Positions 1-9,632 of a stretch of 64,000 nucleotides of DNA are shown in pieces. Source of the stretch: an uncultured virus (IMG/VR IMGVR_UViG_3300022700_000138) (taxonomy: Duplodnaviria > Heunggongvirae > Uroviricota > Caudoviricetes); IMG/VR virus record IMGVR_UViG_3300022700_000138; one strand, given 5' to 3'. A model generated the notes under the pieces. It was not told the origin of the DNA, made no database searches, and worked only from the letters and a program-made list of their open reading frames with translations. The position numbers and the translations under genes were made by a program. Each line of letters starts with the position of its first letter. The first letter of the stretch is position 1.

Positions 1-341
1 GTGGCCTTCTTCTTGTTGGTGCTGCCCTTGGGCCGTCCGGGTCCGCGATTCTTCGTCGTCTTCGACTTGGTGGTCGAAGCAGAAGCGGACGCTGAAACCT
101 TGCCCGCCATCGGGTACTTCTCCGCCTCCTCAGAGTCGATCTCCTTCTCTACAAACATGTAGGCGACGTTATCCTTCGGAATGCTGAACTGCCGAAGCAT
201 ATACCGCACACCACGCCCACGCCCGGTCTTCGCGGCTGCAGTCACCGTAAGTGTGTTGGTGTCCTCAGATTTGAGGATGCACTCACCTACAGGAAGTTTC
301 ACGCCAGTCTTAGGAACGATCGTCACTTTCTTGTCAGCCAT
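1..341 (-). CDS. Partial CDS (runs off window start): basic protein with an AT-hook-like motif
   Basis: Not in the ORF track. Hand translation from ATG 341 (SD GGAGG upstream) gives MADKKVTIVPKTGVKLPVGECILKSEDTNTLTVTAAAKTGRGRGVRYMLRQFSIPKDNVAYMFVEKEIDSEEAEKYPMAGKVSASASASTTKSKTTKNRGPGRPKGSTNKKKA, open to position 1. Confidence 0.8.
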   Translation of the reverse strand, partial: MADKKVTIVPKTGVKLPVGECILKSEDTNTLTVTAAAKTGRGRGVRYMLRQFSIPKDNVAYMFVEKEIDSEEAEKYPMAGKVSASASASTTKSKTTKNRGPGRPKGSTNKKKA

Positions 342-374
342 TAGTTTCCTCCTTTAGTCTGACAATTCGGTATC

Positions 375-2003
375 TTAGCTGAGATCCCGTCTCAGCCGCA
401 CGAATCGGGGATTTCTAGCAAGTATGCTCTCAGTTCCGGTAGCCAGTTGTAAGCAAAAATCAACTTTCATACCAACAAGTTCGTCACGCTCTTGCCAGAA
501 CTTCATACGTAAATCATTACCGGACCTGTGGGGTATTCCGGTACCTATGTAAACCTTGTCACCGTTTCCAAGAACAACTTCGAGCTTACCTGCTCTCTCT
601 GAATAACGGTAGGAGACGAAGCCGTCTAGGTGGCTCGACACCCGCTGTTCGACCCCATCATGCACAATTTCTTTTAGTTTGTCAAAAACTTTTCGACGTT
701 CCTTTTCATTTTTTACAGGCAAGTGGAAATAGTAACCGTCATCCTCAAACTTACCGTATGATTCTAAGTAGTTCCTAACCGCTGATATCATGTGCTCCGG
801 AGCACGAGCATTCTTCTTCTCCCCAGGTATGACTCCAACAATCTCCCCCGTAATATGGTCATCAGCCTTCATCTTGACTACATGGGTGTGCCTTCGATGA
901 AATACGTGCGGTCCGTCAAGACTCTTCAGCATAAGACCTTCAAAACCGGCGTCAAGTGCCCAAGTGTACAAAGTCTCTAGCTGGGACTGATTGTGCAAGA
1001 TATGATGACCAAGAACGTAGACATTCTTGGATACACACGTTGGTTTGGTAGAACCGCCGCCTACACCTGCAGCCCGAAGCAGCAGCCGTTTACGTTCCCT
1101 CCAAGGAAGAGAAAACTCACCCGACATATAATCCTTCAAGGGAGCCCAGTCGAATAGTACTATCCTGACTTTATTTAAGAAATCCTCGGGGCTGAAATTT
1201 ACGCTACGGCTTACTACACTCGAGGTCACGTTCCAGTTCGAGGACAAAAACTCACCGTCTAGGAACAGAGCAGTCTCGATTCCCGCAACATCACACAACT
1301 TAGTAGAAAAGTCAGCTATTTGATTATTGTACTGAGACACCGACTCGATATGTGGCTTGCGCTTACCTTTACGGCTGAAAATATAATTGTAATCATCCTT
1401 ACCAATATAAAACTGGCAGCCACGCTCGCCATCTAATTTAACCTCTGCAGCAACCGGAAACTCCAGAGTCTTCTTCTTATAAACCTTTGAATGAAGCTTG
1501 GCTGCTAGACACCCTTGGAAATACCATCCACGTTTTAATGACGATGCATCTACCCAAAATCCCTTACCAAACACAGTCTCAACTGTCTTCTTACCTATAC
1601 CACACCGCAAGTCTCTATTGAGAGTTCGCCACATCCATACTCTCAGCTTGGGGTGGCACTTAGACAAAAACCCACGTGTGCGTGAAATGGCACTATTTCC
1701 AGTTATTTCGCGGTCGCGCAACGCCAACAGTAGTTTGACGAAAGTGTGGAAGGCTTTAAGATGCGGGAGCCTGGTGTCAGAACTGCGTACCCAATCTGTT
1801 ATAACAATATTGTATACATCACCACACATTGCAGCCTTCAAGAAAAATTGGAAGGCAGGGTTGTCTTTGTTGTCCGCGATAACAGTCTTCTTTGCAAGAC
1901 GCCCATCCGCGGCCTCAAGTTGCTCTAGTGCAGAGATCGCTAGCTTCAAAGTATCAGCTTCAATCTCACTCAATTCACTAGTAATACTTAGGACTTTTGT
2001 CAT
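375..2003 (-). CDS. lig: ATP-dependent DNA ligase (phage type)
   Basis: Motif I EVKLDGER, FLDGEF, LFD, EGLMLK, VKMK, OB-fold IGTG and motif VI RNPRFVRLRRD. Confidence 0.95.
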   Translation of the reverse strand: MTKVLSITSELSEIEADTLKLAISALEQLEAADGRLAKKTVIADNKDNPAFQFFLKAAMCGDVYNIVITDWVRSSDTRLPHLKAFHTFVKLLLALRDREITGNSAISRTRGFLSKCHPKLRVWMWRTLNRDLRCGIGKKTVETVFGKGFWVDASSLKRGWYFQGCLAAKLHSKVYKKKTLEFPVAAEVKLDGERGCQFYIGKDDYNYIFSRKGKRKPHIESVSQYNNQIADFSTKLCDVAGIETALFLDGEFLSSNWNVTSSVVSRSVNFSPEDFLNKVRIVLFDWAPLKDYMSGEFSLPWRERKRLLLRAAGVGGGSTKPTCVSKNVYVLGHHILHNQSQLETLYTWALDAGFEGLMLKSLDGPHVFHRRHTHVVKMKADDHITGEIVGVIPGEKKNARAPEHMISAVRNYLESYGKFEDDGYYFHLPVKNEKERRKVFDKLKEIVHDGVEQRVSSHLDGFVSYRYSERAGKLEVVLGNGDKVYIGTGIPHRSGNDLRMKFWQERDELVGMKVDFCLQLATGTESILARNPRFVRLRRDLS

Positions 2004-2019
2004 CTAAACACTCACCAGC

Positions 2020-2074
2020 GCTCGTACGCTTCAAGGGGGACTCGGAATACAAGCCCCCGAAGCAGCGCGCGAGC
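2020..2074. promoter_or_regulatory. GC-rich imperfect stem-loop in the 5' leader of the ligase gene
   Basis: Nested inverted repeats gctcgtacgc/gcgcgcgagc, cttc/gaag and ggggg/ccccc fill the 72-bp intergenic gap. No clear U-tract. Confidence 0.5.
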
Positions 2075-2075
2075 A

Positions 2076-3125
2076 CTACTCACTTTGGTCAGACTCTATC
2101 GCCTTCTTAATGATCTTTGGCTCGGAAGTCTTCTTCCAGTCCTTCTCCTTGAAGGTCATGGTAACACCAGCCATCTCACCTTCTACACCCGCAATGGTAA
2201 TGATTCCACGACCACGCTTCATGACGATCCCCTTCTGCATGGTCCCAGATTGGGAGTCCAGCCACTCGACCCAATCACCTGGGTCGAACTTGATCTTCTT
2301 GGGCTTTCGGTCCTTCTGCTTACGGAGCATTAAACTCGCGTAGGAACGAATGAAATGCTCTGCGTGCTGCAGCTGCTCGACTGTGGTAAAGGACATAATG
2401 AAGCCCTTAGCGTTCTCAAAGACCATAGAGGGATCTTGATCCAGCTTCTTCTTTTCGATCTGAGTGTTGAGCCAGGGCTCGCACTCCAGCAGCTTGCGCA
2501 TGCCTGGGAGCATGCGCCGCACAGTTGCCACCTCCATAGGATCCATAGCTAAGAAGTTGTTCAGCTCTGGCTCCATCTCCTTGGCAATGAAAAAGGAACC
2601 GCAACTCCACTTGTCGGCTCGCATAACATCGCCGTCCTCAAACGCACGGCCAGGAGCACACCTAACTTTGCCAGCCCACTCTTTTTGCCACAAGGCACAA
2701 TACTTGCATTTCACTGGAATAGTATCACCCCTGTGATAAGTACGTCCTTCGACACTGAAACCACGCTGGACAACGTAGGTAAACACCTCGTCCTCCTCAC
2801 CCCCCTCCTCATTTTTCTTTCGGCCCATCGTGGTCTTCTTAAAAGCACCGCCTTTATCGCTGCTCTTACTTGGTGGCTTGGTCTGTTCTTTGGCACCACT
2901 CGATGCACTCGACGGATCCTCAGCTGTAGTTTCTGACGTCTCTCCGGACTCTTCTTGGACGCCGTCTACTGCATCCCAGTCCTTCTCCTCCGTCTCAGGT
3001 TTAGCGGATTCAGATTTGGCCTCTACGGAATCTGAGGAAGGGTTATCCGGTTCATCGTCTACTGCCCCAAAGTTGTCCAGCAGGCCATCAATGTCGTTGT
3101 TGGTGTCTGAGTCCTTCGTTTCCAT
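2076..3125 (-). CDS. Hypothetical protein: acidic disordered N-terminus, Cys-rich putative Zn site, C-terminal KOW/SH3-like barrel
   Basis: Start moved to ATG 3125 (AAGGAG SD). CKYC...C...C cluster and FDPGDWVEW...KGIVMK segment. Confidence 0.7.
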   Translation of the reverse strand: METKDSDTNNDIDGLLDNFGAVDDEPDNPSSDSVEAKSESAKPETEEKDWDAVDGVQEESGETSETTAEDPSSASSGAKEQTKPPSKSSDKGGAFKKTTMGRKKNEEGGEEDEVFTYVVQRGFSVEGRTYHRGDTIPVKCKYCALWQKEWAGKVRCAPGRAFEDGDVMRADKWSCGSFFIAKEMEPELNNFLAMDPMEVATVRRMLPGMRKLLECEPWLNTQIEKKKLDQDPSMVFENAKGFIMSFTTVEQLQHAEHFIRSYASLMLRKQKDRKPKKIKFDPGDWVEWLDSQSGTMQKGIVMKRGRGIITIAGVEGEMAGVTMTFKEKDWKKTSEPKIIKKAIESDQSE

Positions 3126-3204
3126 TTCAATCTCCTTGTAAATAGGATAGTGGTTGTCTGTCAACGTTCCGAGTACAATACAGCAAGAACCTACAACTGT
3201 CTAC

Positions 3205-4398
3205 CTAAAAATCGTCAAAGTCGGCGTCAAAGCCATTTGACCCAGATTTGGAATCGTCAGACTCTTCACCAAACTCGCCGAAGTCTGGTACATCGCTGAA
3301 TCCGTCAGCGATGGGATCCCCCTCCGAATCATCAGACTCACTTGAGTCCTCATCGAATGGATCAGACGAGTTGTCCTCTTCCTCCTCAGACTCGTCAAAA
3401 ATGGCCCCTTCTCCGAAATCGCCGAAGTCAGAAGACTCCGATTCTTCCTCGCCGTCTTCTTCCTCGCCGCCTTCTTCCTCGCCGCCTTCTTCCTCGCCGT
3501 CGTCGGATTCTTCTGACTCAGTATCCCATCCATCGTCTACAGAATCTTCCGACTCCTCCTCTTCCCCCTCTTCATCATCGAGACCATGTATTTTTTCATA
3601 CGTAGCGCACAAGAACTGGATGTCGTCTTCGCTCACGCCGTGCTCTTCCGCCAGATCGGAAAGATCGGGAGCGTCATCGCCATCAGGTGGGTATAGGTAA
3701 GCCTCTGCCGCCTTTGCCAGATCGGGACCCTCCCCATCGTAACCTTCTACCCAACGGTAGAAAGTACGAGCGAGATCCTCTCTCAACCCACCATGAGTGA
3801 CCAGGAGCTTACACGCACTAACAAACTGAGATCTGTCAATATCCCCAAAGAGCCTGTTGACCGCCGGAACACCCACGTCTTCGACAAAATTCAAATCATC
3901 GCTCTTGGAAACTTTGTCGCGGATGCCGCGCATCAAACCAATGAAAGTCTTTCCACTAGACATCTTTTTCTTCTCCTGTACAGTTTGGTCCTTACTCTTT
4001 GAGGCGTGTTGATAGATCAAGGGTAAATCTATAGCCTCATCCTCTATTCTCTTCAAAACTTTATCCACAGACTGCCGAGCCTGAGGCGTTATTTTACCAT
4101 CATCCGATTTTACAGCATCCAACAACGGCAAATTATGCTCGAGCAACGCTTTGTAGTTACCGAATATAATCAACCGATGTATCTTACCCGCCCATGGTGC
4201 TAGACTGGGCAGCTGTTCTACTGCCCGGAGGAGTACTATATTCGGTAGTTCCGTTTCGGGCAAAGAAAACTGGACACCTTTTTTCGGGGGGTAAATCGAT
4301 AGCTTGTAGTCCTGATGCTGCGAAAATAGAATTATCACCTCCGGGCTTGTATAGGCAAAACCAACAGCTTTAACCGAAGGGTCGCCGGTAGATGTCAT
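3205..4398 (-). CDS. Hypothetical protein with a ~125-aa highly acidic C-terminal tail
   Basis: Start moved to ATG 4398 (GGAGG SD, ATGA overlap with the upstream stop). D/E-rich tail ends GFDADFDDF. Confidence 0.8.
   Translation of the reverse strand: MTSTGDPSVKAVGFAYTSPEVIILFSQHQDYKLSIYPPKKGVQFSLPETELPNIVLLRAVEQLPSLAPWAGKIHRLIIFGNYKALLEHNLPLLDAVKSDDGKITPQARQSVDKVLKRIEDEAIDLPLIYQHASKSKDQTVQEKKKMSSGKTFIGLMRGIRDKVSKSDDLNFVEDVGVPAVNRLFGDIDRSQFVSACKLLVTHGGLREDLARTFYRWVEGYDGEGPDLAKAAEAYLYPPDGDDAPDLSDLAEEHGVSEDDIQFLCATYEKIHGLDDEEGEEEESEDSVDDGWDTESEESDDGEEEGGEEEGGEEEDGEEESESSDFGDFGEGAIFDESEEEEDNSSDPFDEDSSESDDSEGDPIADGFSDVPDFGEFGEESDDSKSGSNGFDADFDDF
3442..3501. repeat. 4 x 15-bp tandem repeat (ttcttcctcgccgYc) encoding (G/D)GEEE units
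   Basis: Read directly from the sequence; in frame within the acidic tail. Confidence 0.9.
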
Positions 4399-4901
4399 AG
4401 CTGTTTCCTCCACAAATCCTCGGCTATTATCTTCATGACCGGCAGACAGTCAAGAGACATTTTAACAGAAATGGAGCCATCGGCCTCTGCATGTACCTTT
4501 ACAGTTTCAGTAGACTCAGGGACCGGTTTGTCTTTCCACAAAAGTAACGCAGTTAAATGATCATTGCTAATATAAAAAGGTATTCGAGGCGATACTAGTA
4601 TATCCAGTTCACTTTCGATAAAATCGTAAAATTTATTATCTAGTTCCCAGTCATCATCATAGAAAACTGCACAAGACCAAAGAGCACAATACGCAGAAGC
4701 GTCTTTAGACTTGGTCATCAAGTCGTACAGCGCCCTGGCACTAACAGATAAGGACTTACGATCACCATCGAAGTAAATAATGTGCAAGCTGGTGTCCGTG
4801 ACATCAACGTTAATACACTCACCAAAGGAATCCTGGAACCAAGAGCCCACCAAATGGCACCGATCCCTAGTCAACAAATGCGCGAACACCCTACTGAACA
4901 T
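4395..4901 (-). CDS. Hypothetical protein
   Basis: 168-aa ORF tightly packed between neighbours on the same strand; no recognised motif. Confidence 0.65.
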   Translation of the reverse strand: MFSRVFAHLLTRDRCHLVGSWFQDSFGECINVDVTDTSLHIIYFDGDRKSLSVSARALYDLMTKSKDASAYCALWSCAVFYDDDWELDNKFYDFIESELDILVSPRIPFYISNDHLTALLLWKDKPVPESTETVKVHAEADGSISVKMSLDCLPVMKIIAEDLWRKQL

Positions 4902-4902
4902 G

Positions 4903-7350
4903 TTAACGTCTCAGGAGTTCCGCCGCAAGCCGCAGGTAACGTTCTGGCGGACGTTTACGCCATAAAGTAGCGTTGTCGTTCTCCCGTATAGCCCACCAGA
5001 TATTATCCCACGCAGGGTGCTCTATAACCTCAGGACGATGACTTATCACAAAAATGCTGTCGAATCTAGACTTTAGCATCTCTAATATAGATAGAAGACT
5101 CTCAGTCCCCTGCGGGTCCAAACCGCCGAAAGGTTCATCTACAATGAGCACATTCGTTCTACTTCCTGTGTATAATTCCTTTAAATCACGCATACCAAAA
5201 AGGAAAGCTAACCCACTTTTGTGCTTCTCACCACCAGAAAGCTGACTGCTTGCAGTAATAACACCCGAACGCTTACGGGTCAACTCAAAATGCAAGGAAC
5301 CCTCTTTTTCTGAAAGACCCAAACTAATCGTGCCCTTAGGCCATAAAAGACTGGAGTATAACGGCACAGTTCTTTGCGAAGCATCACGTAAAATGGCTTG
5401 GAATCTATCTTGCTTCAGTCCTTTGGGCTCGAAAGCTTTCTTTAGGGCTTTCAGACAGGCAACTTCTTGCAAAATTGCCTCCTGTTCCTCTAAAGATTTT
5501 TTCAATTTGGACTTTCGATGCTGTAACTTTCTATACTCGTCTACCCTATCAGAAAGATGATTTACCTTATCAGTGGCGTCAGAAATGAAATTTGACGCCC
5601 TACGTAAGCGCTTCTCCAACTCCGCTAGTCTACGCCGCATGTCTTCGATATTCCCTTTTGGAAGGGAGAGTATTTTTGGGGCACGCTCCATGATACCATG
5701 AGCCGCCTCATATCTTCGCTGTAGAATATGGGATAGTTTTTGTAACCGTGCCACTTCTTCATAAAGGACGTCTTCTCTCTCTTGAGGTAACTCTATCAGT
5801 TGGGCATCCAGGCGGATTTTTCGCTGGGCCTCTTCAAGCTCGGCCATAAGATTACGCTCTCTGACCGTAAATCTATTAATCTCATCCTGTATCTCACTAG
5901 GAGACCGGGTGGTAGCAATATTGTTCAAACGCTTACGCAACTCAGAATAACGCTTACAATGCTTCATCTTTTTGGAAACATTGTTTTTATACTGTACCGT
6001 CTCTTCTAGTTGATCCCGTAAACCGGATAACTCCTCCTTCTTATCACGTATAGTAGCATCATCCATATCATCGTAAGGCCTATGACAGGTAGGACATACT
6101 GCAGTGGACACCTGAGAGTTAAGTGCGTCAATCTCGTTCTCTAATCTAGCCATACTCCGAATAGATTGCTGGTACTCTTCCTCAAGCACAGACAGATCAG
6201 TATTTGGTTTGCCGATCCTTTGAATGTCAGATTCCAGTTCTACCCTCTCCTCGGCCTGCGGGAGTTCAGTATGCTGTAATTCCTTAATTTGAGATTTAAC
6301 TGTAGACAATTCCTTCTGAACTACTGAATACTCCCGCGCACTGATTTTCTTGAGCTGCTCTTTTACAACAGAACGGCGCCGAAGCCGTTCTAATGCATGC
6401 TTTTTCTCAACATATGACGCATGCGTATTTTCGCTCTTTCGGCGCAGCTCCTCCACATAATCATCCGTTATATCTTGCGGCTTATCAATAACGTCCGCAA
6501 AGCTAACGCTGGCAAATAGTTCACGCACTTCTTTGATAAGATCCCGTCTAGTCTCCACTTGTGCTTTAATGTCTACCAGCCCTTTATACTCTGCCATCTC
6601 CTCGTTCACAGTAGCCTGTGTCTGTTTAAGATTGGCCCTAGCCACATCCAATTCTTCTTTTACCTCTTCAATGTCAGAAAACGTGTACAAGTTAGCATTC
6701 ACATCTTCAAGTTCATCTTCAATACGTTCCATGTCGGCTATGGTAGTAGTGTGTAGGTCTATAGTTTTCTTGACAGACTGCTGCAATTCATCATAAATAT
6801 CCAGATTGAACATTACGGTTAAACGTTTGCGCCTCTCCGATTCACGACCATGAATCATTACATTATTGGCCTCTTGCGCTAAATAAACTAAGTTGAAGAA
6901 AGAGGTCTCGTCCATACGCGTGAACTGTGTACGGACCCACTTGAAAGGGGACCGCCGCACACGGATGTCCCTAGGAAACACGTCCTCGCCTGTTTCCCGG
7001 TCCATAACCATATATTTATTTTTGTAATGGGAGTGATTACGATATTGGATTATTTCGTATGGATGTCCGTCTATTCTAAGCTTCAGGCTGGCCCTAAAGC
7101 CCTCATCCGAAAAAGAATTAACTAAGTCGACACGATGGTCCCCCAAGCGAAAATCGACCTTCCCTCCCTTACCATATTGAACCTGCGAAAAAACCTCGAA
7201 GATTGAGGATTTACCTGCTCCTAAAAAATTGTCATCGTCTAGGTTTAGCCCGCGAACAAGGGTCAGGCCCTGCCCAATGAAGGGAACTTTACAAGAACGA
7301 TAAATGTAGCCGTTCTCGAATTCTAGCTCTTCATATTCGATAACAGGCAC
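4903..7350 (-). CDS. sbcC: Rad50/SbcC (T4 gp46-like) SMC ATPase
   Basis: Walker A GAGKSS, Q-loop LAQ, coiled coils with CPTC zinc hook, signature LSGGE, Walker B/D-loop LIVDEPFGGLD, H-loop ISH. Confidence 0.95.
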   Translation of the reverse strand: MPVIEYEELEFENGYIYRSCKVPFIGQGLTLVRGLNLDDDNFLGAGKSSIFEVFSQVQYGKGGKVDFRLGDHRVDLVNSFSDEGFRASLKLRIDGHPYEIIQYRNHSHYKNKYMVMDRETGEDVFPRDIRVRRSPFKWVRTQFTRMDETSFFNLVYLAQEANNVMIHGRESERRKRLTVMFNLDIYDELQQSVKKTIDLHTTTIADMERIEDELEDVNANLYTFSDIEEVKEELDVARANLKQTQATVNEEMAEYKGLVDIKAQVETRRDLIKEVRELFASVSFADVIDKPQDITDDYVEELRRKSENTHASYVEKKHALERLRRRSVVKEQLKKISAREYSVVQKELSTVKSQIKELQHTELPQAEERVELESDIQRIGKPNTDLSVLEEEYQQSIRSMARLENEIDALNSQVSTAVCPTCHRPYDDMDDATIRDKKEELSGLRDQLEETVQYKNNVSKKMKHCKRYSELRKRLNNIATTRSPSEIQDEINRFTVRERNLMAELEEAQRKIRLDAQLIELPQEREDVLYEEVARLQKLSHILQRRYEAAHGIMERAPKILSLPKGNIEDMRRRLAELEKRLRRASNFISDATDKVNHLSDRVDEYRKLQHRKSKLKKSLEEQEAILQEVACLKALKKAFEPKGLKQDRFQAILRDASQRTVPLYSSLLWPKGTISLGLSEKEGSLHFELTRKRSGVITASSQLSGGEKHKSGLAFLFGMRDLKELYTGSRTNVLIVDEPFGGLDPQGTESLLSILEMLKSRFDSIFVISHRPEVIEHPAWDNIWWAIRENDNATLWRKRPPERYLRLAAELLRR

Positions 7351-7351
7351 T

Positions 7352-8527
7352 CTACGACTCCTGAGCCCAACGGTCTATAATTTTCATAACACGAAATGTG
7401 TGCACTTGCAGCACTGTTACAGGATCTGAAGTGTAAGCCCGGATCCTCTCGAGAGCAGAAGCGTAGCCATCTAGTACAACTTCTAAATCTTCGCTGTTTT
7501 TTAGTACGGACCGCATAAAATCCTTGGGAGGATATTTCAGGTCTTTGAGAAGCCAGAACTTTCCTTTATCTGGAAGCTGCTCCGAATCCACCCACTGATA
7601 GACCATTTGATGAAATATATCTAGTACAGTCTGTGTAAAATATACATAGTTGGGAGATAACTTTATAGATTGTAGCGCCCTGGAATAGCTACCCTCCAAA
7701 ATCCCTTTCATGTATTCTTTAACTAGCGAAGTTGGAGTGAGACGTGCTGCCTGCGCAACAACATCCTTATACATAGACTTGTCAATATTGTCTACACCCC
7801 CATGACCTTCCACATAGCTTATTACCATGTCTAATTGTCCGATAGAGGTGCGCACATCACCGCCACTTGATGTTGCAGCTTCCAGACAAACTTTCTTTAA
7901 TACTGCGTCCGGCAATCCCAACTTCTCTTGCTTTGCAATGCTGTATAATTTCTTTGCTACGTCCATGTTATCTAGATGATCTAGAACGTAATGACCTTCA
8001 CTACACCTGCCTACAATAGCGTCAGGAATCTTCTCCGGATTAGTGGTACAAAAGATGAAGCGTGTGCGTGGAGATACATCCTCCAGCAATTTCAGAGCAC
8101 CGTTAAACGCCGACGGAGTAATCTGATGCGCCTCATCAAGAATGAATACTCTATACCTAGAAGCAGTGGGATTTAGTATTGACAGCTCCCTAAGTTGCCG
8201 GATCAAATCTATACCACCATCCAACGCAGCATTCAATTCTGTGATATCTGAATGCGCGGTGGAACCCTTAAGGACGCTCACGGTACTCCTGCAACTTGCA
8301 CACTTGCCACAAGGCTCACCAGCAGTAAGCTCATTACATCCACTATAATGGGCAAACAAGCGTGCCAGAGTAGTTTTACCTACACCAGAAGGGCCGACGA
8401 ACATCATTGCAACGGGAAATTTATCCCTGCGAAGCAAGCCTTTCAGACCGGAAACCACATGGTGCTGGCCAAGCACATCAGCAAATTTCAATGGGCGGTA
8501 TTTCTTTGCAAGCTGACTATCACTCAT
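7352..8527 (-). CDS. dnaX: DNA polymerase III gamma/tau-like clamp-loader ATPase
   Basis: LAKKYRPLKFADVLGQ, GPSGVGKTT, PCGKCASC Zn module, ILDEAHQI, ALKLLE, GRC (SRC equivalent), GDVR. Start moved to MSDSQ (8527). Confidence 0.93.
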   Translation of the reverse strand: MSDSQLAKKYRPLKFADVLGQHHVVSGLKGLLRRDKFPVAMMFVGPSGVGKTTLARLFAHYSGCNELTAGEPCGKCASCRSTVSVLKGSTAHSDITELNAALDGGIDLIRQLRELSILNPTASRYRVFILDEAHQITPSAFNGALKLLEDVSPRTRFIFCTTNPEKIPDAIVGRCSEGHYVLDHLDNMDVAKKLYSIAKQEKLGLPDAVLKKVCLEAATSSGGDVRTSIGQLDMVISYVEGHGGVDNIDKSMYKDVVAQAARLTPTSLVKEYMKGILEGSYSRALQSIKLSPNYVYFTQTVLDIFHQMVYQWVDSEQLPDKGKFWLLKDLKYPPKDFMRSVLKNSEDLEVVLDGYASALERIRAYTSDPVTVLQVHTFRVMKIIDRWAQES

Positions 8528-8528
8528 G

Positions 8529-9620
8529 TCATTCCTCGTCATACCGGTCGGGTAGTTCGATGCTGATACCACGGCTCTTGGCAAGCCGCACTGCAATGCG
8601 CCAGGCTAGGGGGTACAGTTCTGGCTTAAGGTTCGCGCGGGCTAAGCAGTTGTCTAGTCCATCAAAAATGCTTCCTCCCGCAACTATCCCCTGAGTTAAG
8701 TCTTCTTCCCTTATACTAGGGGTGATAAGCGTATCCGCAACTTTGGGATTATACCGTACATGTGCTGGAAGGAGCATTGCATCTATAGCTTCGCCCTCAG
8801 GAACATAATCTACAAAAGCCTCTGCTTCGCCGGGCCAACCTTCTGCTGGTTTACTCGAAAGAGAAAGCAGAGGGATAGAATCCACCTTAACAAACTTAGG
8901 TTCTCGAGGCTGATCGGTGTTTACAATAAGTACCCCCTTATCCGTAGGAGTACCGAACTCGGTCTGATAAGGAGAACCGCTGTACCAAGCGTTATCAAGT
9001 ATTTTTTGGCGGATATGAATGTCACCTAGTGCCCAGTAGGTTATCTCCGGAAAACTGTCCTTTTCTATACGAATTTTTGGAGACAATTTATGACCACTGT
9101 CTGTTTTACAACCATACACAGCTTCGTGCATTAGAACAATTACGGGCTTATCATAGTCGGCCACTACGTAATCTGGAGGTCTACGCAATAGCAATTGTAG
9201 TGTCATGTACAATTCTTGATCAGACCAACCTTGGTACGGGAGCAAAACAAAATAGCAATCCAAGTGCTCTACCATAACCGGGGGCCCATCGTAAATAATG
9301 TGGGAGGAAAACTGGTCCCGGAGCGCTGCTAGATAGCTAAGACCAGTATCCCCCACTTGCTCTGAACGTTTCTCGTGATTTCCGCTTATAGCTATCACAG
9401 GAATTTCACAGCCTGCCAACCATTCTGACAGTACCTGCCGCTCCGCGTGTGTTATATCCAACCGATCGTAAATGTCACCTGATAAGACAATAAAATCCAC
9501 CTGTTCTTGTCGAGCAACGCTCAAGACAGACTCGAGCATCCGCTTACTTCTATTCAGGTAGTTCCTATACGTCCTAAGTACGTTTAGGTGCCAGTCGGCT
9601 GTGTGCAGAAATCGCGGCAT
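8529..9620 (-). CDS. sbcD: Mre11/SbcD (T4 gp47-like) metallophosphoesterase nuclease
   Basis: HTADWH, SGDIYD, GNHE, MHE, WALGDIH, YSGSP motifs. Confidence 0.93.
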   Translation of the reverse strand: MPRFLHTADWHLNVLRTYRNYLNRSKRMLESVLSVARQEQVDFIVLSGDIYDRLDITHAERQVLSEWLAGCEIPVIAISGNHEKRSEQVGDTGLSYLAALRDQFSSHIIYDGPPVMVEHLDCYFVLLPYQGWSDQELYMTLQLLLRRPPDYVVADYDKPVIVLMHEAVYGCKTDSGHKLSPKIRIEKDSFPEITYWALGDIHIRQKILDNAWYSGSPYQTEFGTPTDKGVLIVNTDQPREPKFVKVDSIPLLSLSSKPAEGWPGEAEAFVDYVPEGEAIDAMLLPAHVRYNPKVADTLITPSIREEDLTQGIVAGGSIFDGLDNCLARANLKPELYPLAWRIAVRLAKSRGISIELPDRYDEE

Positions 9621-9632
9621 TTAAATTACAGA

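Noticed and set aside
3136..3164. TTGACA upstream of ORF 2076-3125 as a sigma70 promoter
   Set aside because: The -10 match is poor and would overlap the SD; not supportable.
3201..3700. Alternative-frame ORFs with ARKKA repeats (histone H1-like) or poly-Ser
   Set aside because: These are shadows of the 15-bp repeat in the acidic gene, with no SD, and they are fully overlapped.
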